From Fimbriimonadales bacterium (lineage in GTDB: Bacteria > Armatimonadota > Fimbriimonadia > Fimbriimonadales > JABRVX01): a stretch of 64,000 bases of DNA. A program made the translations under genes and the position numbers. The notes beneath the pieces were generated by a model. The model saw nothing but the letters and a program-made list of their open reading frames with translations, was not told where the DNA came from and searched no databases. Below, piece by piece: positions 47,120 through 58,437 of this stretch (its first letter is position 1; each line of letters opens with the position of its first letter). The stretch lies in assembly GCA_045862955.1 (NCBI GenBank), contig BTVI01000011.1:3187-67186 (forward strand). Reading direction: 5' to 3'.

Positions 47120-47767
47120 CTATCTTCTTCGGCGACCGCGCACGATGAGTGCGCTCGCGCCCATTAGCAGCATGGCGATCGATCCGGGCTCGGGCACTGC
47201 CTCCAGGAACCGAACTTCCGAGAGGCCCACGTGTCCGGCCGAGTCGCCTCCGCCGTAGTAGCTCATAATGTCGAACTTCACGTAGCGAGTGCCTCGAAGG
47301 GGGGTCTCGAAGCTGATCCGCTGGCCGGTGTAGTCAGCCGTTCCCGTGGCGATGTCGAACACGTGCACGCCGTGACTGATCCACTCCGAACCATCGAGTG
47401 AGGTCAGGATGTCTACGTCCTTCGCCCCACGACCCGTGTAGGAGCCGTTCTGGTTAACATAGTTGAAGTTCCAGACGTGAATCGCGCCGAGGTCGTATAC
47501 GTCGCCAAGATCGAAAGCGATGACGGCGGTGCCCAACCAGGGCTGCGTTTCCCAGTAGTAGGAATCTACGGGGGCATTGGAGTGGCAGGCTGGCTCGACC
47601 GAGGTGTCAAGACCGTTGCCATTGATAATGTTCTCTGCCGGCATCGTGTACCACTCGCTGGAAACGTAATGGATGCTTACACCGGTGATCTCCTGCGCAC
47701 TTACGGCAGTAACACAAGCCAGACTACCTGCCAGGCCGATGAGGAGAGACAAGGTCGCCTTTGTCAT
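47120..47767 (-). CDS. F5/8 type C (discoidin)-like PEP-CTERM protein
   Basis: MTKATLSLLIGLAGSLACVTAVSAQ signal. ...RYVKFDIMSYYGG...GLSEVRF (discoidin-like). C-terminal VPEPGSIAMLLMGASALIVRGRRRR. ATG 47767 rather than track start 48184. Confidence 0.8.
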   Translation of the reverse strand: MTKATLSLLIGLAGSLACVTAVSAQEITGVSIHYVSSEWYTMPAENIINGNGLDTSVEPACHSNAPVDSYYWETQPWLGTAVIAFDLGDVYDLGAIHVWNFNYVNQNGSYTGRGAKDVDILTSLDGSEWISHGVHVFDIATGTADYTGQRISFETPLRGTRYVKFDIMSYYGGGDSAGHVGLSEVRFLEAVPEPGSIAMLLMGASALIVRGRRRR

Positions 47768-47915
47768 GGAGCTATCGCCTCTGATTATCAAAGTGGCGGC
47801 ATACTCCGCCCAGGTCGCGCTGGATCGGAGAACCACTGGGGCGACTGCATGGCGCGTGCCATTCAGGAGGCCGAACCAAGATACGACGGAGCAGACGTCG
47901 TCGAGGGTCCGGGAC

Positions 47916-49037
47916 TCAGAGGTCCAGCAAGTACCCGGCAATCGCCTTCGCACGCTCGGACCAGGAGTTGGCGGCGGCAGCCGCGCGGCGTGCCTCTGCG
48001 CGCTCCGGGTGGGCGAGTTCATCCTCGATTGCTTCGACGAAGCCCTGCGCGTCTGCCGCGACTCGCACCGTGGAGCCAGCCGCTTCAGCGAAGGGAAGCG
48101 GGGTCGTAACCACGCCCTTACCCGCCGCCAGGTACTCGTACAGCTTGAGCGGGGACACGCCCTCGGTGTAAGGGTTGATGCCATAAGGGATTATTCCGAC
48201 ATCCATTGCTGCCACGTACGCGGGTAGCACGTCATACGGGCGGAAGCCCAGGTAGTGCAGATTCGGGGCAGATGGCAGGGCAGTCTCGGCGGTGTCGTCA
48301 CATACTCCCACTTTGCCTACCAGCACGAAGCTCCACGTTGGGCGCAGTCGCGCCAGGTCTGCCAGCAGCGAGAAGTCCACCTTGTAGGCATCCACCGCAC
48401 CCGAGAACCCGACGATAGGACGGGGCAGCTCCGCAAGCTCGTCTGGCACTGGCAGGTCCGTTCGAGCAAAGTGATCGTAGTCCACCCCGTTCGGCACGAG
48501 TAGGTGCCTCGGGTTCAGGTGCTTGCGCTGCTCGAGCAGTTTCGGATTGCTAGCGAACACTGCCACTGCTTCTCGACACAGCCTCTCATCTTCTCGCCTG
48601 CACCCCTCCGGATCTGCGGCATAGAATGGCATGGTCGGATAGTCGTCGATCACTCGATAAGCGAATGGCAGCTCCGGGAAAATCTCACGAAACCGCGCCT
48701 CGTTCGGGCTGAAGATCAGTAGGTACGCAGGCTCCTCCCCCCATAGCCGCTTGGCGGAATCTAGCACGGCACGTCTCATGATCTTTCGCTCCATACTCGC
48801 TGTTAGTGCGACGCGAGCAGGTAGGGAAGGGACATATGTAATTACGGTCAGGTTCTCGCGCGGCGAGCGGCTGTCGGTGCGACCCCATTGCCAGGGTTGC
48901 AGCGTGCGGGCGTTTTGCCTGTCACGGACCTCCACCAGCATCACCCTATGCCCGATAGCAGCGAGAGCTCGTGGTAGTAGCACCGGGTTCGTTGGTATGG
49001 CTGGGTCCGCGTTGCCGACGAAGGAGATGAAGTTCAT
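47916..49037 (-). CDS. Glycosyltransferase (GT-B, family 1/4-like)
   Basis: 373 aa. ...FSGAVDAYKVDFSLL...VLVGK...GIIPY...SPLKLYEYLAAGKGVVTTP. Start abuts the rimM stop. Confidence 0.75.
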   Translation of the reverse strand: MNFISFVGNADPAIPTNPVLLPRALAAIGHRVMLVEVRDRQNARTLQPWQWGRTDSRSPRENLTVITYVPSLPARVALTASMERKIMRRAVLDSAKRLWGEEPAYLLIFSPNEARFREIFPELPFAYRVIDDYPTMPFYAADPEGCRREDERLCREAVAVFASNPKLLEQRKHLNPRHLLVPNGVDYDHFARTDLPVPDELAELPRPIVGFSGAVDAYKVDFSLLADLARLRPTWSFVLVGKVGVCDDTAETALPSAPNLHYLGFRPYDVLPAYVAAMDVGIIPYGINPYTEGVSPLKLYEYLAAGKGVVTTPLPFAEAAGSTVRVAADAQGFVEAIEDELAHPERAEARRAAAAANSWSERAKAIAGYLLDL

Positions 49038-49553
49038 CTACGGTTCGTCTTCGTCCAGCAGCCCGGGAATGGGGTGGATCACAATGCGCCCACCCTTTAG
49101 GTCGATCTGCGTGACGATGTGCTTCACCACCGGGATCAGAATGCCTGCGACTTCATACACGTCGTTGGCGGCGTTGTGGTGGATGTGCTCCAAATTACCT
49201 AACAGCCTGCCATCGTCCGTCCACACGGGCAGGCCAATCAAGTCGTCATCGTAGTAGTGGTCGGGGGGCAGGTTTGCGCGCTCCGAGTCGGGAAGGAACA
49301 ACTCCATGCCGCGTAGTGGTTCCACGTCCTCCACACTCTCCACGCCCTCGAACTTAACCAGTACCCGCCCCTTATGCCACCGTGCAGTGGCCACTCGCAT
49401 CTCGTGTGCCGTGGAGGGATTTCGGCCGACCCAACAGCGCAGACCCGGCTCGTATCGCTCTGGCAGATCGGTCAAGCACTCGACCTTGGCCTCTCCCCGA
49501 AGCCCAAAAGGGGCCACTATCTGGCCGATCACGAACCACCCAGTTCGCGCCAC
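49038..49553 (-). CDS. rimM: 16S rRNA processing protein RimM
   Basis: GQIVAPFGLRGEAKVECLTDLPERY... and a PRC-barrel C-terminus. Confidence 0.9.
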   Translation of the reverse strand: MARTGWFVIGQIVAPFGLRGEAKVECLTDLPERYEPGLRCWVGRNPSTAHEMRVATARWHKGRVLVKFEGVESVEDVEPLRGMELFLPDSERANLPPDHYYDDDLIGLPVWTDDGRLLGNLEHIHHNAANDVYEVAGILIPVVKHIVTQIDLKGGRIVIHPIPGLLDEDEP

Positions 49554-49558
49554 CGTTG

Positions 49559-49792
49559 CTATCCCGTGTCGAACTTGATGTGCACTTGCAGGTGCTGTTT
49601 CTGCGCCGCCGCTCCGACAATCGTGCGGATCGCATCGGCCACTCGCCCGCGTCTGCCAATGATTTTGCCCACGTCGTCAGGCGCGACACGCACGACGTAC
49701 TCCACGGAGTCACCGCGACGCGATTCCCGGACGGTTGCCTGCTCCGGCAGGTCCACTACCCTATGGACAAGCGTCTCAACCAGCTTCTTCAT
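49559..49792 (-). CDS. KH domain RNA-binding protein (YlqC-like)
   Basis: 77 aa, ...VRVAPDDVGKIIGRRGRVADAIRTIV. Canonical position between rpsP and rimM. Confidence 0.9.
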   Translation of the reverse strand: MKKLVETLVHRVVDLPEQATVRESRRGDSVEYVVRVAPDDVGKIIGRRGRVADAIRTIVGAAAQKQHLQVHIKFDTG

Positions 49793-49817
49793 GGGTCCAT
49801 GCCCCCTTAGCTATGCC

Positions 49818-50309
49818 TTACGACTGCTCTTCGCCCTCTTCCGCAGCAGGCTCCGCGGCGGCCGCCTCGGCCACTTGCGGCTCCGCTTCCGCGGAGGTCT
49901 CGGGCGACGGCTCGTCGCCAGTCGACTCTGCGACCGATTCCTCCGGTGCGGACTGCGCCACGACCTCTTCCACCGCGGGCTCGGGTTGCGGCGCGGGTGC
50001 TGCGACGGGAGTCGCCACCGGCTCGCTCTTGGGCTTGGGCGTGTACTCCTTGCCCTTCGCCTTCATGAAGGCCGCCCAGATGCCTTGCTCTTCCAGCAGG
50101 TACTTCACGGTGTCAGTCGGCTGGGCGCCCACCGAGAGCCAGTACAATGCCCTCTCGGAATCGAGACGGACAGGCAGGTCGGTCAGCGGGTCATAGGTTC
50201 CGATGACCTCCTTGCTGCGACCGCCGCGGGCACGCGTGCTGTCCGTAACCACGACCCTGTAGAAAGGGCGCTTCTTCGCCCCGATCCTGCTCAATCGAAT
50301 ACGAACCAT
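49818..50309 (-). CDS. rpsP: 30S ribosomal protein S16 with ~75-aa acidic low-complexity C-terminal extension
   Basis: MVRIRLSRIGAKKRPFYRVVVTDSTRARGGRSKEVIGTYDP..., then a Pro/Ala/Glu-rich tail. Confidence 0.95.
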   Translation of the reverse strand: MVRIRLSRIGAKKRPFYRVVVTDSTRARGGRSKEVIGTYDPLTDLPVRLDSERALYWLSVGAQPTDTVKYLLEEQGIWAAFMKAKGKEYTPKPKSEPVATPVAAPAPQPEPAVEEVVAQSAPEESVAESTGDEPSPETSAEAEPQVAEAAAAEPAAEEGEEQS

Positions 50310-50328
50310 GCTGTTCCTTCAAGCCTCC

Positions 50329-51678
50329 CTACGATCTGTGAGCCTTTCCTAGGCGCTTCATGCGCTTTCTCATGCCCATGACGCCCTTCATCATCCGGCG
50401 CATATCATGCAACTGCATGATCAGCGCGTTGACATCTTCCAGCCGCACGCCGCTTCCCGCAGCGATGCGGCGCTTTCTCGACCCGTTCAGGATCTCTGGG
50501 TTTCGGCGCTCCTCTGGGGTCATGGAGAGGATAATCGCTTCCACCCGCGACATCGTCTTACCTTGCAGCGCTTCCTTCGCACCTCGAACCTGACTCATGC
50601 CAGGCACGAGATCCACCAGTTTCTCCAGCGGGCCCAACTTCTTCACCATCTGAAGCTGCTGCAGCAAGTCTTCGAAGCTAAGCTGACTCGTGCGCAGCTT
50701 GGCTTCCATCTGCATCGCTTGTTCCTGCGAGATGGCCTGCTCAGCCTTCTCGATGAGCGAGAGCACGTCGCCCATCCCCAGAATGCGGCTCGCCGCCCGA
50801 TCCGGGTAGAAGGGCTCCAGTGCGTCCGTCTTCTCGCCCGTGCCCACGAAGCGGATGGGCTTTCCGCACACGGCGCGGATGCTCAGCGCTGCACCGCCGC
50901 GCGCATCTCCGTCCATCTTCGTAAGGATCACGCCATCCAGCCCCAGCCGCTCGTGGAACGCCTTCGCCACGTTGACGGACTCTTGACCCGCGCTTCCGTC
51001 CACCACCAGCAGCGTCTCGTGGGCAGCCGTTGCACGCTTCACTTCGGCGACCTCGGCCATCAGGTCATCATCAATCTGCAGCCGCCCGGCGGTATCGAGG
51101 ATCAGCGCCGAAATGCCTCTGCCGCTAGCGTTGGAGGCATCCGAGCACGCCGCCAGGGCATCCTTCGCCACCCGCACCGGGTCCGCTAGCCCCTCCGGAG
51201 CGAACACCGGTGCACCTACTTGCTCTCCCAAGACTCGAAGTTGTTTCACCGCAGCCGGACGCTGTAGGTCGCACGCCGCGAGCATTGCGGTCTTTCCGAG
51301 ACCTTGAAGCCAGCGCACCATCTTGGCTGCAGTGGTGGTCTTCCCCGAGCCCTGCAGCCCGCATAGCAGGAACACGGTCGTTCCGTTCGGGTTCCAGTTG
51401 ATCTCTACGGGCTCGCCACCTAGCAGCTCCACCAGGTGATCGCGAACGATCTTCACCACCTGCTCGTCGGGCTGCAGCGCCTCCCACACCCGCTCCCCGA
51501 CCGCTTTCTCTCGAACGGCCTGCACGAAGTCCTTGACTACTTTATAGTTGACGTCCGCTTCGAGCAGCGCAACGCGCACCTCACGGAGAGCGTCCGTTAC
51601 GTCCTTCTCCGTGAGGCGACCCCGACCGCGCAACCGGCCGAAGATGCCACCTAGCTTCTGGGTAAGCGATTCGAACAT
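50329..51678 (-). CDS. ffh: Signal recognition particle protein Ffh
   Basis: MFESLTQKLGGIFGRLRGRGRLTEKDV...GLQGSGKTTTAAK...DTAGRL.... Met-rich M domain. Confidence 0.97.
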   Translation of the reverse strand: MFESLTQKLGGIFGRLRGRGRLTEKDVTDALREVRVALLEADVNYKVVKDFVQAVREKAVGERVWEALQPDEQVVKIVRDHLVELLGGEPVEINWNPNGTTVFLLCGLQGSGKTTTAAKMVRWLQGLGKTAMLAACDLQRPAAVKQLRVLGEQVGAPVFAPEGLADPVRVAKDALAACSDASNASGRGISALILDTAGRLQIDDDLMAEVAEVKRATAAHETLLVVDGSAGQESVNVAKAFHERLGLDGVILTKMDGDARGGAALSIRAVCGKPIRFVGTGEKTDALEPFYPDRAASRILGMGDVLSLIEKAEQAISQEQAMQMEAKLRTSQLSFEDLLQQLQMVKKLGPLEKLVDLVPGMSQVRGAKEALQGKTMSRVEAIILSMTPEERRNPEILNGSRKRRIAAGSGVRLEDVNALIMQLHDMRRMMKGVMGMRKRMKRLGKAHRS

Positions 51679-51721
51679 GGAGCGGGAGCAGTATACCCAG
51701 AGGCCGCTCGCCTGGCGGCCC

Positions 51722-54589
51722 CTAGGGCTCGGCTCGCGGCAGCCGCAGGGCGTGCTTGCCCGCCCCCAACTCGCCGGGCTGGCTGCCCAGCCGGTACCCA
51801 GGAGGCGCCTCCAGCACGCCGACTACTCCTTCGGGTAGCTCCGCCTCTAACTCCATGCCGTCCTCCGCCACGCTCCACCGAACACCGATGGGGCCGTGAG
51901 GAGTGGGAACGCGGCCCTCGGCCCATGACAGGCCTCCCGGTGATGGCGCGATCGATGCCCGCGTAAAGCCCGGCTCCAGCGGGCGTACGCCGAGCACCTG
52001 GGTGCCTAGGAAGTACGCCGGACCCGCACCCCACGCGTGGCAGTGGCTCCGGGTCCACCTGCCGCTGTCGAAGAAAGACGGAAACACCTCCCAACAGGTC
52101 GTGGCGCCACGGTCTAGCATGAAGCCCCACTTGTCGCGGATGACGTTCAGCATGTCCTCTGTCCAGCCCATCTCGGCCAGCATCTCGAGCCAGAAGAAGG
52201 CGAAGAACGGCGTGCCGACACGCACCATCCCGTCCGGGGGATTGGTCAGGGCGTCGTGCAACACGATTGCCCGATCTTTTCGTGCCGCGCGGTATCGCAG
52301 GGCCAGGATCTGCGTCTGCTGACTCACCACGTCACTCAGCGAGCCATCTGGCTTGAGGCAGTCTACATAGGCACGCTTCTCCTCCGACCAGAGGTTGGAT
52401 ATGATCGCGTCGATCAATGCGTCGGCGGCGCCGTCCCACTGTGCCGCTGCGGATTCGTCACCGAAGGTTCTCAGCAGTCGCGACAGGCTCCGCCACGAGC
52501 CGGCCAAGAGTAGGTTCTGGGGCGTCACCACCCCCTCGTTCGGCTGGTCCATCGGTGCCCAGTCGGTCAGGTTCCACGCTTTGATGGCGAACAGCCCCTC
52601 GGCGTTCAGCATGGTCCTTGCATTACTTGCCTGCTTGACGAGAGCAGGCAGTAGCTCTCGAATGAGATCGCGATCGCCCGTGTGCATGTAGTAGTCTTCA
52701 CATGCCAGCGCCCATAGGAAGGACCAGTTGGGGATGATGTCCTGCCACGCGCTCGGGCACTGCGACTCCACGAGCTTCGAGCGTTTGAGCGATCGCGCCG
52801 CGAGTCGCAGGCACCGCGCGGCTAGATCATACGCACCGAAGCAGTAATAGGCTGCGAGTGCCTCGGGACGGCTGTCACCCACCCAAAAAGTCTGCTCGTA
52901 CGTGGGGCAGTCGGTGAAGGTATCCTCCATGCAGACGCGCGTGGTGTGTGCGCACATCTCCCAAACTCGATTGAGCGTGTCGTCGCTACACTGGAACGCG
53001 CCCACCGGCTCGACGGGGTAGGTGGCCTCGATGATCCGGACAGCATGCAGCTTCACGGGCTGCGAATGGTCTCTCACTGTTACGATCAGGTACCTAGCAC
53101 CATGCCGAACGAACGAGCGGAAGGTCTGTCTGCCGCCACGACACCGGTACCGTAGCGTATTCTCCATGTCCCACGGCAGGTCTCGAATCCCCTCCTGGTA
53201 CGCCTCGAAGCCGAGGATGTCAATGGTCGTACCCTCCTCGGCTTCGACGTCAATCTCCCAGTAACCGATCGTTAGCTTCTCGAACTCCAGAACGATCTCG
53301 GTGTCCCCACCACCAGATGGTTCGATGGTGGTCCCAACTCCCTTTGTTAGCCCTTCGTGGACCGAGCGGTCTAGCGCTCGCACTTCTTCGGCATAGGCCA
53401 CATCTGCAGTCACGCAGTTGTGGTGCACATCGAGCGCCGTCACTGCTTGTATCATCGGTGCGGCTACCGCGTCGAAGTCTTCGACGTTCCTGCATCGCAG
53501 GAGTTTGTCGAATTTGGGGTCCGTTCGTGGCAGAGTGATCGTCACGAACTCTGCGCCAGGCATGTTCGGTGCCCGTACTCCCATCGAACGGCCCGCCTCC
53601 AGCACTGCCTGTGTCCGCCACTCGTGATGAACCCCCGAGAGCACCCAAATGAAGAGGTTCGGCCCGTGAGCTAGGGGTGCCCGGTACCTTCGCGAACCCG
53701 CCCACGCGGGCAGCCGCGATGGGACCTCTTTCAATGGCTCACCATTCACAGTGAGTGCGCCGGGCTCCGAGCCCACTCCGCGCAGCTCCAACTCGATGGG
53801 TTGACCGCTTGTCGACTCGGCCACCGTCACCAGCAGACCAGAGATCTCACGCAGATCCGAGCCACGATAGCCGGGAAGTAGGTTGCGACGCAGCGAGACC
53901 GACCACACCGTCCGGGGCGCACGTACAATCCGCACTTCCCGCACCGCGATGGGTGATAGCACCTCGTCCGTGAGGAAGGGAACATCTCTCGGCGAGAGCC
54001 GGGTCCAGGGAGGGGTCCCTACGGGGCCGATGAGAGTGGCACGGTCCCAAAACGAGTGATCGTACTCGGCGGTGGTCCAACCCTCGGGAGCGAGAGCTGC
54101 ATCATACGCCTCGGCCCACCCCTGCTGGCAGCTTATTCTTAGCGTCTCGCGGGAGTAGGCGGCAAACTCCCGAACGCGCCACGTCTGGTCGGATGCCAGT
54201 ATCGTAGCGTCCGGCGCATCGATCTGCGCCAGTAGACCACCTCGACTAGGAATGTACTGGAAGTTCCCCACGCCGAACTCGTGCACTAACACGGCGATCG
54301 CGTTTCGGCCAGCGTGAAGAAGATGGCCCACATCGTAAGTGTCGTAGCGGTAGTCGTCTGGCCAGGACCTAACAGGACCCTGGCCCAAGAGCCTGCCGTT
54401 CAGCCAGACGCGATATCTGGAGTCCGCCGTGATCCTCAGCTTCGCATCCGGATAGGAATTCTGTAAGTCGAAGCTCTTACGAAAGCAGAGCCACTGGTTC
54501 CACTGTGGCTCTTCGTGATCCGACCATATCCAGGATGCCTGCCATCGAAATCCGTCTTCAGTCACTACCGGGACCTCCTGCGGAAACAT
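51722..54589 (-). CDS. GH78 alpha-L-rhamnosidase
   Basis: 955 aa, ...[18 protein letters not shown]... and six-hairpin region motifs. Alternative GTG start at 54565 (GGAGG RBS, GTGACTGA overlap with the carB stop). Confidence 0.8.
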   Translation of the reverse strand: MFPQEVPVVTEDGFRWQASWIWSDHEEPQWNQWLCFRKSFDLQNSYPDAKLRITADSRYRVWLNGRLLGQGPVRSWPDDYRYDTYDVGHLLHAGRNAIAVLVHEFGVGNFQYIPSRGGLLAQIDAPDATILASDQTWRVREFAAYSRETLRISCQQGWAEAYDAALAPEGWTTAEYDHSFWDRATLIGPVGTPPWTRLSPRDVPFLTDEVLSPIAVREVRIVRAPRTVWSVSLRRNLLPGYRGSDLREISGLLVTVAESTSGQPIELELRGVGSEPGALTVNGEPLKEVPSRLPAWAGSRRYRAPLAHGPNLFIWVLSGVHHEWRTQAVLEAGRSMGVRAPNMPGAEFVTITLPRTDPKFDKLLRCRNVEDFDAVAAPMIQAVTALDVHHNCVTADVAYAEEVRALDRSVHEGLTKGVGTTIEPSGGGDTEIVLEFEKLTIGYWEIDVEAEEGTTIDILGFEAYQEGIRDLPWDMENTLRYRCRGGRQTFRSFVRHGARYLIVTVRDHSQPVKLHAVRIIEATYPVEPVGAFQCSDDTLNRVWEMCAHTTRVCMEDTFTDCPTYEQTFWVGDSRPEALAAYYCFGAYDLAARCLRLAARSLKRSKLVESQCPSAWQDIIPNWSFLWALACEDYYMHTGDRDLIRELLPALVKQASNARTMLNAEGLFAIKAWNLTDWAPMDQPNEGVVTPQNLLLAGSWRSLSRLLRTFGDESAAAQWDGAADALIDAIISNLWSEEKRAYVDCLKPDGSLSDVVSQQTQILALRYRAARKDRAIVLHDALTNPPDGMVRVGTPFFAFFWLEMLAEMGWTEDMLNVIRDKWGFMLDRGATTCWEVFPSFFDSGRWTRSHCHAWGAGPAYFLGTQVLGVRPLEPGFTRASIAPSPGGLSWAEGRVPTPHGPIGVRWSVAEDGMELEAELPEGVVGVLEAPPGYRLGSQPGELGAGKHALRLPRAEP

Positions 54590-57500
54590 AGTCGTTCAGT
54601 GCCCGACAGCTCACCCTGGTAGGCCTGCACTCGGCCTCGAGCGTTAGCACCAGCGCCTCTGCGGTGTCCAGCGATGTCAAGCACGGGACCCCATGCTCCA
54701 CCGACGCTCTGCGCAATAGCCGTGCCTGCTTCTCCACGGCCCGGTCCGTTGAAGCGGTATTGATCACCAGCGCCACTCTCCCGCCCCGAATCAGATCCAT
54801 GACGTCGGGTGACCCCTCACCCATCCGCGTAACACGCTCGGCGGCCAGCCCCGCCTCACGCAGCGCTACGAACGTGCCGTGCGTTGCAGCCAGCCCGAAG
54901 CCCACGGCAGCCAACCTTCGAGCAATTGCGACTGCTCGCGGCTTGTCTCGATCCGCCACCGTCAAGAGAGCTAGCCCATCTCGTCTAGGGTATAGCCCTG
55001 CAGCCTCGATGGCTTTGGCCAACGCAGAGGGGTAGTCGCCGTCCACTCCCATAATCTCGCCGGTAGATTTCATCTCCGGCCCCAGCATAGGTTCCACCTT
55101 CGTCAGCTTCTGGAAGCTGAATACCGGCGCCTTCACCGCGAAAACCCGCGTTGGCATCGGCGGGGCCTCTGGCAGCTTCTCTCCCAGCATCACGTGCACA
55201 GCCAACCGAACGAGCGGGACCCCTGTCACCTTGCTGATGTAGGGAACCGTCCGGCTGGCCCGTGGGTTCACCTCCAGCACGAACGGCACCTCGTCGGCTA
55301 TCAGAAACTGGATGTTCAGCATCCCACGCACGCCGAGTTCCAGCGCGATTCGCATCGCACTATCCCGGATGCGATCCTGAACCTCTGACGACAACGAGAT
55401 GGGCGGGAACGAAGCCATGCTATCGCCCGAGTGAATTCCCGCCGCCTCGATGTGCTCCATGATGCCGGATAGGATCACCCTCTCACCATCACACACCAGG
55501 TCCACCTCGGCCTCTCGACCGTGGATGAACTTGTCAACCAGTACCGGCGCCTCGGACGAAGCTGCAGCCGCGCTCATCCACACCGACTCCATCTCCGCCT
55601 CGTCATACACCACGGTCATCGCGCGGCCGCCGAGGACGAACGACGGGCGTACCAGTACCGGATAGCCGATCTCCTGAGCCACCTTCATCGCATCGTCAAC
55701 TGTCAGCACGCCCTTGCCAGGCGGTTTGGGAAGGCCCAAGCGAGACAGAAGGCGCTCGAACTGGTCACGGTCCTCGGTCGCGTCCATCACATCGGCAGGC
55801 GTACCGAGAATGCGCACTCCGGCCTCGGCCAACGGCCTTGCCAGGTTGACGGCGGTCTGCCCGCCGAATTGCACGATCACGCCCTCTGGCTTCTCGTGGT
55901 CCACCAGATTCAGCACGTCCTCGAGCGTGATCGGGTCGAAGTAGAGGGCGTCGGAGATATCGAAGTCGGTGCTAACCGTCTCTGGGTTGCTGTTGATGAT
56001 AACCGCCCGGCGGCCCATCTCCCGCAGGGCCTCCACAGCGTGTACGCTGCAGTAGTCGAACTCCACTCCTTGTCCGATCCGTATCGGGCCCGATCCCAAT
56101 ACGAGCACCGCTGACCCGTCGCGCGGTGGCGTGTCGTCGCTCTCGCCCCAGTAAGAGGCGTAGTAATACGGAGTTGCCGCTTCGAACTCGGCGGCACACG
56201 TGTCCACCATCTTGAACGCGGGTGCCACTCCTTGCTCCAGCCTCGCCGCGCGGGCCTCCAACTCGGTACACCCTGCCGCTAACCCAATCGTCCGATCGGA
56301 GAAGCCCAAGCGCTTGATACGGCGCAGTTCCAGAGGGTCGCTTAGTACGGTCTTCCCGTTGCCGCACAGGTAACGCTCGGTCTCCACCAAGTGGCGCAGT
56401 TTGCTAAGAAACCAACGATCGATGCTGGTCAACCCAGCCAGGTACTCCACCTCGTTACCGCGGCGCAGGCACTCGATGACGGCCCAAAGCCTCTCGTCGG
56501 TCGGCGTCTTCGCAGCCTCGTGCAGCTCGTCATCGGGGAGACGCTGTAGCGCAGGGTAGCTCAGCCCGTCCGTGCCCAACTCCAGGCTGCGAAGCGCCTT
56601 CATTAGCGCAGCCTCGAAGGTGCGCCCGATGGCCATCACTTCGCCTGTGGCTTTCATCTGCGTGCCCAGCCGGCGGTCGCCATGCCCGAACTTATCGAAG
56701 GGCCATCTCGGGATCTTCACCACGCAGTAGTCCAGAGCCGGCTCGAAGAACGCTTTTGTCCTCTGCGTCACAGCGTTCGGTATCTCGTCCAGGCGAAGGC
56801 CAACCGCGATCTTTGCGGAGACGCGCGCAATCGGATAGCCGGTCGCCTTGCTCGCCAGGGCGGACGAGCGTGAAACGCGCGGATTCACCTCGATCACGTA
56901 GTAATCGAAGCCGCTCGGGCTGACGGCAAACTGCACGTTACAGCCGCCTTCGATGCCCAGGGCGCGAATGATGCGGAGAGCAGCGCTGCGAAGAAGCTGG
57001 TACTCGATGTCGGAGAGCGTCTGGCTGGGAGCAACGACGATGCTGTCTCCCGTGTGCACCCCCATCGGGTCCAGATTCTCCATGTTGCACACGGTGAGGC
57101 AGTTGTCAGCCCCGTCGCGCATCACCTCGTACTCGAGTTCCTTCCACCCGAGCAAGCTGCGCTCCACCAGAATCTGGTTGCGCATTGAGAGAGCGAGACC
57201 CCGCGCACCGATTTCTAACAACTCCTCCGGGCTCTCGGCTACCCCTCCGCCCGTCCCGCCGAGCGTATACGCGGGCCGAATAATACAGGGGTATGGGGCG
57301 AACTGGGAGAGCTTCTTCAGCTCGTCCATGCTCTCTACGATCCAACTCTCGGGTACCGGCTCGTTGATCTTCCGCATCGTCTCACGGAACAGCTCCCGGT
57401 CTTCGGCCCGATGGATAGCATCGAGAGGGGTGCCGAGGAGTCGCACTCCGTACCGGTCGGTGATGCCGGCGTCGGCAAGCTGCGCGGCGAGGTTCAGGCC

Positions 57501-57782
57501 GGTCTGCCCGCCCAGCGACGGGAGGAGCGAGTCCGGTCGTTCCTCGGCGATGATCCTTTCCAGAAACTCTGGGGTGAGAGGTTCGATGTACACCCGGTCC
57601 GCCATCTCGACGTCGGTCATGATGGTAGCGGGGTTGGAGTTGACCAATACGACCGACACGCCCTCTTCACGAAGCGAGCGGCAGGCCTGGCTACCTGCGT
57701 AATCGAACTCGGCGGCCTGCCCAATGACGATCGGACCGGAGCCGATCACTAACACCTTTCGAATAGAGGGATCGCGTGGCAC
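54558..57782 (-). CDS. carB: Carbamoyl-phosphate synthase large subunit
   Basis: [33 protein letters not shown]... with duplicated ATP-grasp halves and an MGS-like C-terminus. GTG 57782 chosen. No carA adjacent. Confidence 0.95.
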   Translation of the reverse strand: MPRDPSIRKVLVIGSGPIVIGQAAEFDYAGSQACRSLREEGVSVVLVNSNPATIMTDVEMADRVYIEPLTPEFLERIIAEERPDSLLPSLGGQTGLNLAAQLADAGITDRYGVRLLGTPLDAIHRAEDRELFRETMRKINEPVPESWIVESMDELKKLSQFAPYPCIIRPAYTLGGTGGGVAESPEELLEIGARGLALSMRNQILVERSLLGWKELEYEVMRDGADNCLTVCNMENLDPMGVHTGDSIVVAPSQTLSDIEYQLLRSAALRIIRALGIEGGCNVQFAVSPSGFDYYVIEVNPRVSRSSALASKATGYPIARVSAKIAVGLRLDEIPNAVTQRTKAFFEPALDYCVVKIPRWPFDKFGHGDRRLGTQMKATGEVMAIGRTFEAALMKALRSLELGTDGLSYPALQRLPDDELHEAAKTPTDERLWAVIECLRRGNEVEYLAGLTSIDRWFLSKLRHLVETERYLCGNGKTVLSDPLELRRIKRLGFSDRTIGLAAGCTELEARAARLEQGVAPAFKMVDTCAAEFEAATPYYYASYWGESDDTPPRDGSAVLVLGSGPIRIGQGVEFDYCSVHAVEALREMGRRAVIINSNPETVSTDFDISDALYFDPITLEDVLNLVDHEKPEGVIVQFGGQTAVNLARPLAEAGVRILGTPADVMDATEDRDQFERLLSRLGLPKPPGKGVLTVDDAMKVAQEIGYPVLVRPSFVLGGRAMTVVYDEAEMESVWMSAAAASSEAPVLVDKFIHGREAEVDLVCDGERVILSGIMEHIEAAGIHSGDSMASFPPISLSSEVQDRIRDSAMRIALELGVRGMLNIQFLIADEVPFVLEVNPRASRTVPYISKVTGVPLVRLAVHVMLGEKLPEAPPMPTRVFAVKAPVFSFQKLTKVEPMLGPEMKSTGEIMGVDGDYPSALAKAIEAAGLYPRRDGLALLTVADRDKPRAVAIARRLAAVGFGLAATHGTFVALREAGLAAERVTRMGEGSPDVMDLIRGGRVALVINTASTDRAVEKQARLLRRASVEHGVPCLTSLDTAEALVLTLEAECRPTRVSCRALNDYVSAGGPGSD

Positions 57783-57921
57783 TCTTCCACCGGCCTGCGT
57801 GGCCTCGGCATTGTAGCTACAGGAGATTGCCAAAGGCAAGGCAAGCCTAGGGCCACGACGAGCGCGATGCAATGCATTCAGCTCTGAGCACGGCGCGGGT
57901 GACACGGGATATCGTCATAAC

Positions 57922-58268
57922 ATGCTCGGTGTGGGTACGATGAGGCGGATGGATGTGGATCCTTCGGTGGTCGAGAGAATCGTGTGCGCCCTGAGGTCTC
58001 AGTTCACCGTGCGACGTGTGATGCTGTTTGGGAGCCACGTCCGTGGCGGATCACGGCCGGACAGCGACTCTGACGTGCTTGCCGAGGTCGAATCGGACCG
58101 CCCTACTGGGAGCGCCAGCGCCAGGCGCCTCGCGCTCTACCCGGCCGTACGTTCTCCGTCGCCCTAATAGTCAAAACCCCGGCGGAGATCCGCAGAGCGC
58201 GGGAGGACCTGGGGTCAGTCGTTCGCCAAGCCGAGATAGAGGGAGTCGCGGGCTATGTGTCTCCCTGA
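57922..58268 (+). pseudogene. MNT-type nucleotidyltransferase (HEPN-MNT antitoxin-like), frameshifted
   Basis: ...VRRVMLFGSHVRGGSRPDSDSDVLAEVESD in frame 1 (stop at 58165). The C-terminal half ..FSVALIVKTPAEIRRAREDLGSVVRQAEIEGV..* is in another frame ending at 58268. Confidence 0.6.
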
Positions 58269-58437
58269 GCCGGTGACCCGTTGGCTCGAGCACGCAGAGT
58301 CCGACCTCCGGGTAATCACCTTGTTGCTAGCAGCTGATGCCTTTCCTCCCGATCCTGTCTAATTCCATGCGCAGCAGGCAGCCGGGAAGGCGCTGCAGGG
58401 GCTGCTGGTTGACGATGTGGCAAGCCCTGACGTCTAG
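58255..58437 (+). pseudogene. HEPN domain remnant with in-frame stop, truncated
   Basis: MCLPEPVTRWLEHAESDLRVITLLLAADAFPPDPV*FHAQQAAGKALQGLLVDDVASPDV*. TAA at 58360-58362. Ends before any Rx4-6H motif and overlaps the cytochrome gene's 3' end. Confidence 0.55.
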
